Source: Octopus sinensis (Eukaryota). Taken from it: DNA of 64,000 nucleotides. The stretch is from positions 111,228,001-111,292,000 of the forward strand of contig NC_042999.1 of the NCBI RefSeq assembly GCF_006345805.1. Reading direction: 5' to 3'. Below are positions 14,673 through 28,745 of this stretch, piece after piece. A model generated the notes under the pieces. That model was not told where the DNA came from, did no database searches, and saw only the letters and a program-made list of their open reading frames with translations. A program made the position numbers and the translations under genes. The first letter of the stretch is position 1. Every line of letters begins with the position of its first letter.

Positions 14673-14718
14673 GACACCTGATGAAGGCTGGAGGTTATAT
14701 CAGCCGAAACGTTGTGTT
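14673..14718 (+). ncRNA. Minimal type I hammerhead ribozyme motif (PLE type)
   Basis: GACAC-CUGAUGA-A-GGCUG(10-nt loop)CAGCC-GAA-ACGU-U-GUGUU. Stem I 5 bp, stem II 5 bp, palindromic ACGU in place of stem III, cleavage triplet GUU. Confidence 0.8.
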
Positions 14719-16294
14719 AACAACAAACAAGATGACAAATATCCGTCAAATGTAAATAATATAAATAATGTACATAATTCCTCATCTCTTAAATATAGAA
14801 CTGAATTGTGAAGTATTTAATAGAGTTGTTTGAAGATAGATAGGAGCAGCTGATGAGTAAATATAATCATTGCATACAGATAAAGGATTTATGGAAAAAC
14901 AGTAAGGATCTTAGGGGATCAGTTTCCAGGGTTTCATTGAATGGGTCATCTCTTGCTCATTGGTTAACCATAGATCCCTTTTAATTTTTCATTATACACG
15001 GACACATATACTCAATCATACATGCATACACGCATACGGACAGACAGACTGACAGATTGACAAACAGACAAACAGATGGACAGACATATACGTCAACGGC
15101 CAGCACTTCACGTAGCTATTTTTCACGCGAAATGCACTACTTATTTACACTTTCGGTTTATTTTTCATCCTTCTTACTATCTTTCCTCTCTGTACTTTTC
15201 TTCGAAAGAACCATCCAAAATGTCACACCAATTGACTATTTCTATTTCTTGGAGCACAAAGTAATAACTTTGATCGTGAACTTATCCCGTCTTTGTTGGT
15301 GTTATTTTTTTTTCACCTTATACATTTTTTCACCTGATACATATGTGTACATTCCGACGCCGGTATAGCTGTGTGACTATGAGGTTTTTCGCAACCACGA
15401 GTTTTTTTCCCCACTGTGCGGCACCTAGGGCAACTTCTTTCTACTATAACCCGTGTCAATGAATAGCTTGCATGTAATTTTTGTTGAGGGAATTTCTTTT
15501 AATCAGAAGCCCATGATATAATGATGTAATATAGTTTAAAAAAACATTATTTTTGGAAGGTGGCATTGCCTCCTTCGTAGCTCAAACGTTCACTTCACCG
15601 ATCATCAGACAAATATTTTTCATTTGGCATTGTGGCAATGGGAAATTATTAAAATTAGTATTCCAAACAATTCCATATCTGATACCTGTTTCAATACAAT
15701 TACAGAAATTAATCTGTTAGCAAAGAATATTCCATAAAATGGTAGATTAATTTGTATTGTAGAATATACTCTGTGAATCTTATTAATACTGCTATTGTCA
15801 GAGAATATAATTAGTAGGGAATAAAAGGCACAGTCAATCAAACTGAAGAAAAAAATGCTATCAGATTTGTACACTCTATTATTTTATTTTACATCATTCT
15901 CCTTGCGAAAGAATTCAGTGATAATTTTTGACCGAAACTTTACCTAGGCGCATCCAAGAATCCTAATCAATGTAAACAGATATACAACCATTCCAAAGAA
16001 GTTGATGGACAGGTATCTATTAGAGAATGTTTCAGCTATTTTCAATTTCAGTAGAATAATTAATCAAGACTATTTATAAACATATGTCAGTTTCTTATTT
16101 AATTGAAATTTGCTTTCTTTGTTGTAACTGTAGGATCTTTATCAATAACTATCGGTTTTCCTTAACGTTCGTTTCTAAAAAATCTAGTTTTTGTTTATTC
16201 ATTTTATATATCTATCTTTGTTTTATTTTCAACAGCGTTAACACCCTATGCGCTTCATCCTCACTTAAATACGTAGTCAATAGTCTACATTGTA

Positions 16295-16336
16295 TTGTTA
16301 TATCATTATCATTATTATTACTATTATTATTATTAC

Positions 16337-16372
<36 letters not shown>

Positions 16373-16417
16373 CACCACCACCATCACCACAACTACTACC
16401 ACCACCACCACCACCAT

Positions 16418-16455
<38 letters not shown>

Positions 16456-16510
16456 TTATTATTATTATTATTTTTTGTTGTTGTTATCACTATTGTTATT
16501 ATTATTCTGC
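16295..16510. repeat. Compound (TAT)/(TAC)/(CAC) trinucleotide array
   Basis: Direct reading. Confidence 0.95.
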
Positions 16511-16899
16511 TGTTGTTGATTTGTTATGTATATGATTCTACGTTATCTCATAATATTTAACGAAATTGAAGAAAAGTATACACATACGTATATATACGCA
16601 TATTATCTTTCTTTCAACAAATATTATGATTATTCAGAAGAAAACGAAACAAAAAGTATCTCCTGTTCCCTTTGAATAAAGTACATAACTATTCCAATTG
16701 TATGTGTATGTGTGTATGTGAGTGTGTGTGTGCGTGTGTATATGTGTGAGTGTGTATATATGTAAGTATGTATGTATGTGTGTATATGTATGTGTGCGTG
16801 TGTGTGTGCGTGTGTGTGTGAGTATATGTGCTTATATATATGTGCGTGTATATATATATATGTATATATATATACATATATCTTTATATATATATATAT

Positions 16900-16942
<43 letters not shown>

Positions 16943-17064
16943 GCAATTTTCTAACAGGCATCAATTGTATTAACTCTATAAATGATACGACAAAGAACAA
17001 TATTAAAGTGAACAACAGGAAACTAATGCAAAAGAGTTAGAAATAACTAAACAAATGATATGAC

Positions 17065-17122
<58 letters not shown>

Positions 17123-17307
17123 GGAAGAGAAAAAGAAAAAGAAGAATTTATTAAAAAAAAAGGAAGCTAGTTTTTAAAAGAAATATACAAATAAACTCAC
17201 TCAAAAAAGTATTGGCTTAATTAAGAAAGAAGACAACATTATATAGTAAATAATCTCTCCGAAATACCATCTGATTCAGTGGAATCCAAAAAAGTAAACT
17301 GACAAAG

Positions 17308-17440
<133 letters not shown>

Positions 17441-18069
17441 CGGTATAAGAGAGAGGGGAGAGAGAGAGATAGAGAGAATAGGAATATTAGAGATAGAGAG
17501 AGTGTTAAAAAGGAGAATAGTTTTGAGAGAGGGAGAATAGGAAAACTGGAGAAAGGGAGTGTTAGAAAAAGGGAGAAAAATTACTGGGAGAAAGAAAGAT
17601 TGAGAGAGACAGTGTATAGAAGAATGTTAGAAAATAATCAACAAAGAATTGTGAATTGTTTTAATTATAGAACTGAAACTATGACCAATTAGCTGATTCT
17701 TGGAAAGACAAAAAGAAAAAAATAGAAAAAGAGATATCGATATGTCGAGGAAGCAAAAGATACCAAATAGGAATTAAAATATACGATATCTTAAAAAGCA
17801 GGTGCAACATGGACGGAATTCACATGTGGGAATTTGGAAAGAACTTCCGAACAAATGGGTGTAGGTTTTTAAAACGGGGTTACAGCTGATCTCTTCAATT
17901 TGAGAATTAAGACCATTTTCCGCAACTCTCTTTCTGTCTCACCTACACACAGTATACGTACATGCACTTATTCATACATACATATATACGTACGTACACA
18001 CATGCACACACACACACACACTCACACACACATATATATATATACACACATATGCATGTATATATATAT

Positions 18070-18145
<76 letters not shown>

Positions 18146-18544
18146 TGTATATATGTGTGTATACATATATATATACATATGTATGTATAATATGTATAAG
18201 CGCTCAACACCATATTGGTGCTTAAATTAGTTCTTTTAATTGGCAGTAGTCTACTTTTAAACGGAAAGCGCTCGCGCGCGCGTATGTTTGCTTCGGTGAG
18301 TGCATCTGTGTGCGTATTTATGTGAATAAATATATCGTATCAGAGGAAATATCTGTTTACAACACATTAGTTTTCCTTTAGAGTTGGGGTTGGGATCAAA
18401 CACCAAAGGTATTCATTCAATAGTCATTGAATGTATGATAAATATTAATTGCATCCTTTTGCTACTTCGTCCGTCTCACTATCATTTCACTCTATATGTT
18501 CACTGTCTCTCTAAATAATGTAGTCTGATTAAACATTTTTATTT

Positions 18545-18720
18545 GTTTGTTATTTGACTGCGGCCATGCTGGAGCAGCACCTTTAGTTGAGCAAATCAAC
18601 CCCAGTACTTATTCTTTATAAGCCTAGTACTTATTCTCAGTTATTCTAAGTTACGTTGATGTAAACACCCCAACATCGGTTTTCAGGCAATGTTAGGGGA
18701 ACAAACACAGACACAAAACA

Positions 18721-18768
<48 letters not shown>

Positions 18769-18957
18769 TATATGTGATAGATCGCTAGCCACTACACATT
18801 CTTTATTTTCTCTCTTTGTTTCTTTCTGTGTTCCTGTCTGTGGAAGTGTGTAGGCTCGAAACGTTAAAGACTTTTTAACTTCCCGAGCGTTATACTAATA
18901 CATCTGTTTGTTGTCTACACCACCAGTCTTCGGGTTTTTTTTGTGAATTCTCCCTAT

Positions 18958-19009
<52 letters not shown>

Positions 19010-19182
19010 CAACGGGCTTCTTTCAGTTTCTGTCTTCCGTCTACCAAATCCACTCACAAGGCTTTCGTCGGCCCGAGGCTATATTAGAAGACACTTGCCC
19101 AAGGTTCCACGCAGTGGGACTGGATTTGGAACCATGTGTTTGGTAAGCAAACTACTGCCCACAGCCGCTTCTGCGCCTGAAC
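18545..19182 (-). mobile_element. Abundant tRNA-derived SINE with internal CA/TA microsatellite, interrupted by a PLE terminal-repeat fragment at about 18775-18960
   Basis: Head caggcgcag..ctgtgg..agtttgcttacc..catggttcc..cactgcgtgg.accttgggcaagtgtcttct and tail agcatggccgcagtcaaat; homologous to 46612-46950 and 50762-51217. Confidence 0.85.
18833..18871 (+). ncRNA. Decayed minimal hammerhead motif
   Basis: CTGTGGA-agtgt-gtag-gctc-GAAA-CGTT-aaagac; the core and stem II carry mismatches. Confidence 0.4.
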
Positions 19183-19434
19183 TTTGTCACAAAGAAAATC
19201 GTTGTTGCACAGTCCCAGTTCAGACCAAATTAGCGCAGATCTACAACCAGTCGTGGGTTACTCAAGGATTATATTAAATCTGGAATTATACATTTTGTCA
19301 TACCACATTTTTATTATGCTTCCTCCTCCTCCCCTTCCTCCCCTCCTTCTTCTTGCTGTTGTTGTTGATGAAGATGATGATGTTGCTATCATTATTATTA
19401 TTATTGATGTTATTGTTGATGATGATGTTTTTGC

Positions 19435-19467
<33 letters not shown>

Positions 19468-19487
19468 GGTGAAAATATATGATTGAT

Positions 19488-19866
19488 TGATTGATTGATT
19501 CTAGTTTCAGCTTATGAGCTGTGGCCATGCTGGGGCACCGCCATTTGGTGTTGCTACTTGGTTTCACTTCATGGAGGCTTTCTAGCAACTGCTATTTGGT
19601 GCATGAGAGAGTTCGATGCAGCTGCCCTCATCTGCCCCTCCTGCCGTGAAGTTGGTTCATCTGGGACACCTGACAGGAAGAGATCCAGCTTCATTTTAAA
19701 GACATCTGTATCCACCCCATGCAGGTCTCTCAGGTTCTTCGGGAGGATATTGAAGAGCTGTGGGCCTCGGAAGCCCAGGCTATCACAGAATCTTGTCCTA
19801 CATCTTGATGGCAGGTTTGGAGTCCTAGGCACCACGCAGTGGCGCCCAGTTCTGGCATTTGCGTAA
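19488..19866 (-). mobile_element. CR1/L2-group LINE 3' end
   Basis: SLGFRGPQLFNILPKNLRDLHGVDTDVFKMKLDLFLSGVPDEP, then a 3' UTR and an (AATC)n tail at about 19490-19505. Confidence 0.85.
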
Positions 19867-20699
19867 CTCTATGTTAAAATAATTTCCAAGTTAATGAATG
19901 GAAGTGTTATTCTAGAGCGTTGCAAAACACGCATAGTCATATACAGGCAAACATGCACGCAGACACATACACACATGTATGTTTTTATATACATACACAT
20001 ATTTACTTGTATACATGTAAATGTGTGTGTATGCATGCATGTATGTGCATTTGTACGTATCAACTTGGCAAGAAATTTTTCGTGATAAAATATCAGCTCA
20101 ACTCTTGACAATATGTAGACAAAATGCAGACGATATTGTCACGAAGAATATAAATTATCAAAGACAATTTTACATACAGAAGGATATACTATTTATCACC
20201 TCAAACGTATACTCGGTTTAGGTCAAATTGGAAGTGGACTCCTCGTCATGTTTACTATACTCCATTTATAAACGAAACATAATGAAAGCAGAAATGATCT
20301 AGAAATCTAACTATTCTGCCAGTCCCAAGAGGACTTATATTGATGTGACCCTTTATAAACTAGCATCAACCTACAACACTGCTTCACTTAAAACAAAATA
20401 TAAGTAATATCTGGAAATTTTACAAAGGGAGTTACGAACTTCACAATTCGAAAATCACTGCTAGACACTCATTTGCATATATGACAAGGCCTCAACTAGC
20501 CCTTTGTATTCTGAGTTCAAATGCCAGCATAGTTTTCTTGAGTGGAGAATTAATCAGAACCCCGGGTTTAACACCACTGTCCATTCTGTAGCACATAGTG
20601 AAGCCATGTCTCCAATTATGGATGTCTTTGTTTCTCTCCCCCACCTGTATAACAAAGCAGATATATATGAAAAGTGGCTTAATATGACACCGTTAATTT

Positions 20700-23500
20700 T
20701 CCCCTGGAAAATCCAGATCAAAAGCATTAAAGATTAAGCTGAGGCACAAAGACGCCTCAGGGAAAGAATGGCACTGGAAAAAAGATGGAAATAGAACTTC
20801 TAAAATTGGGGGCTCAGACGAAGATTAAGTAAAATCCGTTGATGAAATTTTTAAAATGACTCAAAGCCCCGACCTAGAGAAGGTCTCCAAATTATGGAAA
20901 AAGGATTTTGATAAAGAACAGAAATCCTTCCAACGCTGGGAAAAAGCGCCGCTTCGTTCTTAAACTATGAACTGTCTTTCAAACAGAATACGCTTCCAGC
21001 AACACTTTCCTAAAAATAAGAAAATCAAAACAACACTCAAACACAGATTCACACCTATCTAGAAAAACAGAACCATCCCCACTACCAAAAAAAAAAAAAA
21101 GGATACAGGACCTAACCCTAACTTTGTAATCCACCAGCGAAATAACATCGAAAGTATCTCAGCATCAAACAGAGAATTGAAAAATCACTACCCGCAGGAT
21201 TGACATTACAGCCTCTCAATTCCCCGATAAGGAGTTACCAACGGAATTTTCTTTCCAAAAATCCACTAAGCAACCACGCACAACAAACCCGTACCACACG
21301 TAATAATTACCAACGACGCCCCCACCCACCCAAAAAACACTATATCCAAACATGGGATATAGAGGCACACTTTTCAATACCCTTCCAAGAACCCGCACCA
21401 TAAATTACAACAGGGTATTCCACAACAACAGGGAACAACTACATAACAGCTACCGTCTCAATCACCTCAATCATTCTTTAGTCCCAATACGCAAACACAG
21501 AGATACGAGATAGCACCAGACAGGCAGGAAAAACTAAGTGATAAAAATCATCAATCTAACTGAGAAAGAACTAACAAAAACCCAAATCAGCATACTCTCC
21601 AAAAGGCTCAAGTTTACACCCCCCCCCGCCCTAATGCTCCAACTACAACGAAATGAAAGACGTTGAGGAATTCTGTAGAAAATTATGACTCGCTGAGGAA
21701 CTATAAGACAAATACAGCGAGGACGAATCTTGATAATTTCAGTGAATAAATCAAGAATTATCACATACACAAACAAAAACATAAGCCAAACTTCAGCAAA
21801 AAAAACAAAAAAGAAACAGAATTGGCTGAGCTGAACAAACTAAAAGATGATAAAACAATAGCAATCAAAGAGGCTGATAAAGTTGTCTTGATGGACACGG
21901 TATATTACATAACTCTAGTACTCTCCATATTAGAAGATACAACTTATTTGAAGGTCCAGCACTACAGTCAGCAGAAAATGATGAGAAACCTAAAAACTAT
22001 GCTAAACCTATACAGAGAAAGGTTCACCGACAAGGAATATGATATATGACTTACTTCAAAAGTAAATCCAGTCAATTCTGCGGTATTCCTAAGATACACA
22101 ACAGTGAGAAAATAAGAAACGTATGCAGGATAGCCGCAGACATAGTAATGAAGGTCCCTACTCCTAATGACCTCAAATTAAGAACTATAATAGCAGATCC
22201 CGCATGCGAAACCCACTGCCTCAGTAACTTTTTAAATATCCTCTTAAAACCATTCCTCAAACATATCAAAAGCTATACAAGGGACAACCTAGATATGCAC
22301 AGTCAGCTCCCTAAAACAATAAAAAAAAACCCACCCTAATAATATCCTTCGATGTAGTCAACATCTTTTCTAATATCCCCCATAGCCTAAAAATAGAGGC
22401 AATTCAATTCTGGCTAGAGAATTACTCAAATGAACTCCCATATCGCATCAAAAAAGAATTCGTAGTAGAAGGGCTAAAATTTATCTTGGAGAATAACTTC
22501 TTTGTTTTTGAAAGACAATTTCTGTCGACAAAAATCGGGACTGCGATGTGTATGAGAATGATTTCCTCCTTTGCTAACCTAGTCATGGGATATCTAGAAA
22601 TCAGTCTTTATCGTAAGGTACATTCTTCCTCTACATAGAAAATAACTGGAAGAGGTATCTGGATAACTGTTTCATTCTTTGGTATGAAAGTACAGAAAAA
22701 CATAAAGAATTTCAAGCAGTTATAAATGGACTGGACATAAACATTCAATTTACGATGGAATATAGCCATCAACAACTTTCATTCCTCAACATTATCATTA
22801 AGAAATCCAACAACAAAATAGAAACAAATATATACTAAAAGCCTAAGGATTCCAAGCAATATCTACCGTTCCACTCATGCCACCCCATACACGCTAAAAT
22901 AAATATCCCCTTCAACCTGGCAAAAAGGATTTGTAATATAGTTTTTAATACAGACATCAAGGACACACGACTGCATGAACTAAAGTCTCTTAAAAGAAGC
23001 CCAAGTACACTCGACAACAACACTGAAGCCGCCAGTAAAAAAATGCCGAAGACCTAACTGATACATGCGTCAACCTAATTGAGGTATCGGAGTTCTCTTT
23101 CAAACAGGGTCAACGTTTTACAGTAAAAAGCAACTCCACATGTGCTTCGGAAAACTTAAATTATGTATTAACTTGCTCAGGGTGTTGAGAGCAATATATA
23201 GGCCAAACCAAAAATAGTCTACGCCAAAAGCAACGTCTCAGATCAAAATTCGGGAATACAGAAAAATAGCATTCAGCGAACAAATCGACATTTGCACCAC
23301 TAACAACCAGCCTAGCTTCAGAATTTTCCCCTCTATAAATTCAAGGAGAATGCAACGTGTAGTCAGCACATTAGTAAAGAGTCATATTTTATCAGAAAAT
23401 ATAAACTACTTTTGAATGCGTCCACCACAAATGTCACTACTACTGGGGCCTTAGAATAATGCCCACACAAATATTAAAAATAATATATCCAGAACAGTCA
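20700..23500 (+). mobile_element. Near full-length degenerate Penelope-like element (RT plus GIY-YIG)
   Basis: LKDDKTIAIKEADK..GIPKIH..LRTIIA..SFDVVN..GTAM..FANLVMGYLE..RYLDNCF..TCASENL.YVLTCSGC.EQYIGQTKNSLR, with many stops and frameshifts. Confidence 0.92.
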
Positions 23501-23599
23501 CTGCTCATGAATTTATTCAGAACAATTCCAATTACTACTATTACAACCACATGTCACTTGTAGGTCACTTGACCATTTAAGAGGATTCTACCAACATCT

Positions 23600-23795
23600 T
23601 ATTACACTCATAATATTCCCATTTTTTCTTGTTCTTCTTCCTCCCCCAATTCTTCTTCCACTTCTTCTTCCATTTCTTCCTCTAATTGTTCCTTTTCTTC
23701 TTCCTCCTTTTCTGCCTCCTCTTCTTCCTCTTCTTCTGCCTCCTCTTCTTCTTCCTCTTCTTCCTTCTCTTCTTCGCAGCCTCCTCTCTCCGTTA
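23600..23795. repeat. (TCC/TCT)n low-complexity tract
   Basis: Direct reading; gives the poly-E ORF on the minus strand. Confidence 0.9.
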
Positions 23796-24073
23796 CCACT
23801 GCTTAAAAATTCAAAACCAAGAATTCATATAAAATATTCTTTTAGGACTGCTACTGTCTACTACCTACTACGACTCAGAAGAGTACAAAGAAAAGAGAGA
23901 GACATACAAAATAAACATACAAAATATGTAGGTATGTACCCGAAATTTCCAGGCTATTAATTCATTTTTTTGTATGTCTATTTTATATAGTTTCAACATA
24001 TTTAGTTTTTCACTAAGTTTCTCTTCAGTTCCTTATTCCTGTAAACAATTATACACAGACACACAACACACAC

Positions 24074-24153
<80 letters not shown>

Positions 24154-24305
24154 TACATACACATACGCTCACATACACACACATATATACACAAACATCT
24201 CTTTAGGAAATAATTTACTCAGAGAGCTGGGATTATTTTTCTTAACCAAAAACCTACATTTCTAATACATTTCAAAACTAAAACTTCCAAGTTTAAACTA
24301 CCCGC

Positions 24306-24358
<53 letters not shown>

Positions 24359-24599
24359 CCTCGCACTGTTCGTGTATGTCTACATGCATATATGTATACA
24401 CACAATACACACACTCACACATATATATGTGTGTGTGTATGTGGGTGTGTGTGCGTGTATGTGTATTTATAAGTTATATATATCAAATATTTATCTCTCA
24501 CCAATAGTTTTTTTGGGGGGCGATCTTACCTTCATGGAACAAAAAGAAGAAGCACACCATCTGGTGTGAAATATTATTTAATAAATAAAGTACATATTT

Positions 24600-24835
24600 T
24601 TATGAGCTAACAATAGTTTTATTCGATGAAAATGACCCAGACAACATTTCATAACGTCTGATGCCTTCACGCAATCCTCAGTCTCTACTCACATAGCATA
24701 ACACGCTGAAACCTATAACAAGATATGGGCAAGAACAAATGGAAACTGTCATTTTACAGCGTCGTTACTCTTTACCACTTTTCGCCATGGCTAGAAGTTT
24801 TTGTATAAATATATAAAGGACGTATATGGTTTCTC
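24600..24835 (-). mobile_element. Possible solo PLE terminal repeat with decayed hammerhead
   Basis: Minus strand: gtagaga-CTGAGGA-ttgc-gtgaag-gcatc-aga-cgtt..aataaa. The GAAA core is corrupted. Confidence 0.35.
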
Positions 24836-25571
24836 AAATGGTTCTATGATTCAGACGCTTAGAATTTAAATTTAATAATTAGAAGGTAACCTTTGACTAG
24901 GCATCTAATTCTAAATATGAAAATAAAAATGAATATAAAAGAAAATAAATAAGATAAAAATTATGGCGAAAACAATTGGTAGACAAGAAGGAAAAAAGGA
25001 ACAAGGAATCTAACGTAAATGGACAGTTGAAAATCGAAAGTGTAAAATAAAGAAGGTGAAATAAAACGAAGAGAAATGAGAGACGTGAAAGAGAAAGAAG
25101 AAAGTGTTCGAAAGATCTGAAAAATATATCTTCAATCAGCAGTGTAACAATTCTTTTACACGTACTTAACTTGATGACAGCATATCCAATTGAGTTCGTT
25201 TCGATAATTTAAATAGTTAAAAAAACAACGTCAAATAAGAAATTTCCCGGAAGGGTACAGATCCAACAATCTGGAACCTCCAGAACATACGTTCGGCGTG
25301 AAGTACAAGAGCTAATACATTTATTTTTTCAGTTTTTTTAGGTGCTGTAACTAAGGAAATACTTACAGGAGTATGTATGGTGTGTGTATACACTCCAATG
25401 TATATTCTAGGAATCCTTATCAAATCTGTTAATTTTACAAAAAATGCTGACTTCTTACCGATACAATTTGTTGATTAGACAGGAATGTCGGTACAATATT
25501 AGACTTCAATATTTAAGGGAAGCGTGCTACTAGGAAGTCTTCCATTGACCCATGAAATGAAATCATTAAAA

Positions 25572-28474
25572 CCCATATATACACCTGGTTGAGTTTTCGC
25601 AACGCAAAACCTGCTCCTACTTGTTTGGACATTAACTCACCAGGAAGCATCAGACTGAGCATACGAAATGTTCAGTAGGTAGTCAACACCCAAAGCTAAC
25701 AGTTGCATACTGTCCTTCTCTTCCACATTGTGAAAGCTTACCGTAATGTTTAATCTAAATACAGTGAAATTTTAAGTCACCATGTCTTCTCACAAATTCA
25801 AGTAACTATTGTATATCATGTTTAATTCAAGCTTTCTAATGTCTTGAACCTGATGACAAAGGATCATTTTACTCACGACTGAAATATCTATTAGTTTTAC
25901 CAAATTGTAGTTCATATGAAAGCGTAAAATAAAAATATGTTCCTGACGATGCGTAAACGCAACGATGGGCACATTACTTTTACAGAGTATTGCGTTATCG
26001 CAACGGCAAGCACATGAGTCTAGGCTGTGTATAGCATTAGCACACACATACACTGTATATATAGTTTTGTATAAGAAACTTCAGTTAGTCTTTTTCTCTT
26101 CCACAGAAGTCTCTATGGAATGAAATATGTTAGAACTCGAGAAGCCTATGCAATACAATAACGATGAAGAAGAGAGGAGAATGAACAATGAATCAGAAAA
26201 CCAGACAGGGATTTACATTATACCACGAGCAGACGGAGATGTCACAGATGAAAACCCAGGTAAAGATCTGGTTGAAATGAGAAATCCACCAGGAAACAAG
26301 CTACTAAGCCTTTTTGCTGCTGAAGAATCTAATCTAGTAGGAGACAAGCAGATGGTGGTTCACAACAGCCTACAGAACAAGATGATAATTTTCAGCAGAC
26401 GAGTACTCCCACATAACTGACAAATGGGTATAAGCGTAAAAAGACCAGGCACTGGAATTTGGAGGATATGCCCTCAAAAGAGGAAGTCCCAAGTAACCCT
26501 TACAGGCCTTCTACTGTTGATATAACTCGCCAATCTCATGAAATATTTGAGCTCTTCTTAGACTATACTGTTGTAGAAGAAATTATCAAGTATACTGTTT
26601 TGTTTACAGCTTAAAAAGCAAATCAAACATTCCAATTGTCAAGCAGCGAGATGAAGGTTTTTACTGGTATTTTGTTGCTCTCTGGATATAACACGCTACC
26701 TCGCCGTCGTTTATACTGGGAAACTGAATCTGATGTTCGAAATGAGCTAATAGACAGTTCAATGCGAAGAAACAAATTTTGAAGAGATAATGAAATACTT
26801 TCATGCAGCAGACAACAATGAACTCGACAGCAAGGACAGGTTTGCAGAAGTATGCCCATTTTTGGACCTTCTAAATGAAAGCTTTATACAGTTTAGCTCA
26901 GTTTTTGGTCCAACAAATGCCTCCATTTATGAATACATGATACCATATTATGATGGCATTCTCACAAAGCAACTTATTCGAGGCAAACCGATTCGATGGG
27001 GTTACAAAGGATGGGTAGCAGCTAGTGTCCATTAGGTTAGTCATACTGGATTGATTTATATCAAGGAAAATGTGAAATGGCAAAAAGTAGCTGTTACAAG
27101 GACACGTACAGCCTAGGAGAAGGAGTGGTGCTTAACATGATTGATATACAAAGAAAAATTATCCGTTTCAACCTTCTAGAAGAGATTCAGCATAGAGATC
27201 ATTCTGTCACAGGCACGATTCATACATAGTAATGGATCTGAAAAGTGTCCTCTAACCAAATTCAAGCAGTTTGAAAAATGTCCACGAGAGACTGAGGAGC
27301 AGTTTCTTGAAAAATATTCATTCTGGCATTTTAGTGGCAATGTGTAATAATAATGGTGTCGTTATTGTTGGGTCTAATCAGTTTGGTGTGCATCCTATAA
27401 AACAAGTTCAGCTCTGGTCAGTTGCAGAACGTAAACAAGTTTTGATACCAATGCCATCAGTAATTGGAAAATATTACTCAAGCATAGGAGGTGCCCAGCC
27501 TATTGAACGTGTGCATGAATAATGCATGGTTATTTGCCAGAGAATTGGGGTTCTAAAGTAGATCTACTAGCATTTACAAAAGGTGCTGTCAAACAGTACA
27601 GTACCTTTTTAAGAAGTGTGGAACGTCATCCAGGAATCCAAGAAGACACAAAATGCGTATTCCTTCTAGAGCAAGTATCAATGTGTGAAAACATGACAAC
27701 ATAGATCATGATATATCAAAGAGTGAGCCAGAAAACGGCCGAAGATATAGGCAATGCAAGAGTCAAACTGTATACATGTGCAGGCAATCCAAACTTCTTA
27801 TGCATGTCAAGTCTGCCTCTGATTATCACAGAATCCAGTCTTAGTGAGTGAAGTTTTGGGAAGAAGTACCGCAAATTGTTTTATATTACGTAATAACAGA
27901 AAAATTTGTCAGATTCAGCCTCTTACGTAATAACAGAAAAGAAAAAGGTTAGATTTGGAACAGAATGTGTATTTTGTTTTGAGATGATGTATTATGCTGC
28001 GTTACGATAGATAATTATAATTTCAAAGTAAAAGCGGCATAAAGGTTTCAATCAGTTTTATATTCTTTTTTTTTGTTTAGCTTTATTTTCATTACATCAA
28101 ATACTTAGTTATTCTTATCTAATCTCAATTTTTAGTTTAATTTACATTAATTCAACTATTTTCCATAAAAATAGAAAGAATAGGTGTAAAATGCTTCAAT
28201 TTTATTTGAATTCGTAAACGTATTTTCGATGTTGTGAGGTTCTTTGTATAATACATTATGTGGCATGTGGCCCACCGTTACGTTGACGAAACATGTACTG
28301 GGGCTGGTGTGCTCATCGTTGCGTCAATGCAGCACATATAAATTTTTAATAATTTCTTACCTGTTGAATGAATTAGTAAAAACTCAAGACGTGTGTGTTG
28401 TTAAACATATTATCTACCATATATGTAAAATATAACTGATTCCTAAGACTTCATATTTTACGGGCATACATGGG
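25572..28474 (+). mobile_element. Decayed piggyBac transposon, about 2.9 kb
   Basis: Right end TGGG|TTAA (28471-28478); left end TTAAaa|CCCAT (25566-25576); the terminal 14-mers match 10/14 in inverted orientation; internal transposase remnants. Confidence 0.85.
26127..27844 (+). pseudogene. piggyBac transposase pseudogene (PGBD2/3-like)
   Basis: IYIIPRADGDVTDE; MKYFHAADNNELDSKDRFAEVCPFLDLLNE..SIYEYMIPYY..KQLIRGKPIRWGYK; C-terminal RRYRQCKSQTVYMC..HVK..YH. The first catalytic D (SIDE) reads SIYE; multiple stops. Confidence 0.92.
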
Positions 28475-28609
28475 TTAAATTTGTTAGTAGAGCAGGTATC
28501 GATTTCAGAGAACTATATTAAAGACTTTTTAGAAACTCAGTGCAGCTAAATGAAGTATTCAAAGGCTTTTTTATACTATATCATATTTCACATCTACATC
28601 TACATTTCT

Positions 28610-28745
28610 CATACATACATACATACATACATACATACATACATACATACATACATACATACATACATACATACATACATACATACATGCATGCATGCAT
28701 GCATGCATGCATACATACATGCATACATACATAATACATACATAC
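28610..28745. repeat. (TACA)n/(TGCA)n microsatellite
   Basis: Direct reading. Confidence 0.95.

Noticed and set aside
15686-15842. Minus-strand exon candidate with a strong acceptor (gcatttttttcttcag)
   Set aside because: Very AT-rich, only one frame open, no recognisable product, and its phase does not fit neighbouring candidates.
23608-23799. Poly-glutamate ORF
   Set aside because: Simple GAG/GAA repeat with no splice or domain support.
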